A stretch of 64,000 nt of DNA from Azolla caroliniana (Eukaryota; Plantae; Polypodiophyta): positions 20,088,001-20,152,000 of the forward strand of contig JBHGNT010000014.1 in assembly GCA_043228905.1 (NCBI GenBank), read 5' to 3'. The notes beneath the pieces are model-generated. The model had not been told where the DNA came from. It ran no database searches and saw only the letters and a program-made list of their open reading frames with translations. Shown here in pieces: positions 62,891 to 64,000 of the stretch; the first letter of the stretch is position 1, and each line of letters opens with the position of its first letter. The translations under genes were made by a program, and so were the position numbers.

Positions 62891-64000
62891 ATTCTCCCCT
62901 CTGTACTTAGCATCGCATGTGCCATCGTATTTTGCCAAATCATCCTCAAGACGAATCCAGCAAGCATGTCCCCAGTTGAGGGTGAACGAACTAGAGGCAT
63001 GTCAAAGCAAACGTAGTGCCCTTCCCCATACAGCCATTGCCTCACGACATTCCCATAGACAATGGGAAATGCTTTCTATTTGTCCACAAGCAATACATCT
63101 AGGGTCTACATTGGGGCCTTTACCCCACATCCCTACCGGGAAGGCTCTATGTGCAATAAGCCATAAACACATCATTATCTTGCGGTCATATCTGTCATGC
63201 CATATCGTTTTCCAGAATTTATCTAGTCTCATTTCACTAATGCCCTCCTGTATCCAAAATTTCTGTGTTGCAATCTTGTCGTGTTCTTGTTCTAGAATAA
63301 TTTGCCTCCCAATCTTCGTGTTATACCTGAAAATTTGAACCAGCTTTTCCCCATCAGTTCGTCCTTGAGTTCTCCAACAATACATCATTGGGTCCCATGA
63401 TAATTGATCCAAATGCCCTTGTATAGGCCAACACACTGTCGCTGGTGTGATATCCGTTGGTTTAGGGTCAATAATCACATTCTTGCCATTTTTTGCGATT
63501 AGCCTAATCGACCTTTCTCTTTGAAAGGCTTGTTGCTCAACTCTTACCATTTCGTGCTCTAGTTTGTAGTAGAATACCTCATTTGATTCTACTTTCATTC
63601 CCTTAATGCCAATTAAACAGTTCTCAACATCTATAAGTTCTGTCCACGCAATTTCAGAGGTTGTTAGTTCTTCCTCTTCCACGGTATTCCTGTAGCATGC
63701 AATGGCATCTGTAATTCTCTTGAGCATGCCTTTACCCCTGCCTATTCTCCATATTCTAGCCTTTTGAGTGCCCACCTCATTGGACAAAAACCTCTCCCAC
63801 TCCACTAATGCATTCCCTTGGGCATTGATTGATTCAGCCCATTTGAAACCTGCTTTTTGGCCTATCATCAGCCCATCCAATCTCTAATCAATGGGTTCCA
63901 TACAATTGGCATGTACATCCGCACATATGCATCATTTCTCCACCTACATGTGATCCCCTTTCACCTACATGTGATCCCCTTTCTTATTTCTTGCCATGCT

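Larger units (their letters stand above)
56755..64000 (-). mobile_element. L1-type LINE 3' region (56755-57334 plus 62891-64000), split by the copia insertion
   Basis: Poly(A) T-run at 56755, WKYEVLKWLFPPP, and zf-RVT CIACGQIESISHCLWEC. The sequence is continuous across the ATTCT TSD and colinear with 12510-14120. Confidence 0.9.

Noticed and set aside
63941-63982. 21-bp tandem duplication in LINE ORF2
   Set aside because: Simple slippage in a dead copy, absent from the sister copy near 14083

Overview
AT-rich, repeat-dense land-plant nuclear DNA. The LINE types and GA-microsatellite load suggest a non-angiosperm such as a fern, but that is inference only. Three intact-looking host genes are present: a 5-exon Alfin-like PHD gene (6414-8824,+), a 5-exon PLIP-type class-3 lipase (37775-41192,+) and an intronless, extremely His-rich OVATE-family gene (45359-46738,-). 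The rest is nested transposon material: a young full-length Ty1/copia with apparently identical 299-bp LTRs (57335-62890), the 3' end and LTR of a second copia (1-1438), at least seven L1-type LINE copies or fragments, RTE-like LINE relics, copia relics, two related Mutator-type MITEs, a small hAT MITE and a tRNA-derived SINE head. Most notable: (i) a 2.7-kb non-autonomous hAT element (24128-26813) carrying intron-containing pieces of two unrelated host genes (an XRN 5'-3' exoribonuclease and a DUF21/CBS CNNM gene), i.e. a Pack-hAT; (ii) a single in-frame UGA-CGG stop in the otherwise open gag-pol of the young copia; (iii) inverted repeats bracketing the PPT in both copia elements; (iv) a shared T-run-GG-poly(A) 3' terminus in divergent LINEs, including an 18-bp insertion made of that tip alone. 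Protein family calls come from motif recognition, not database searches.
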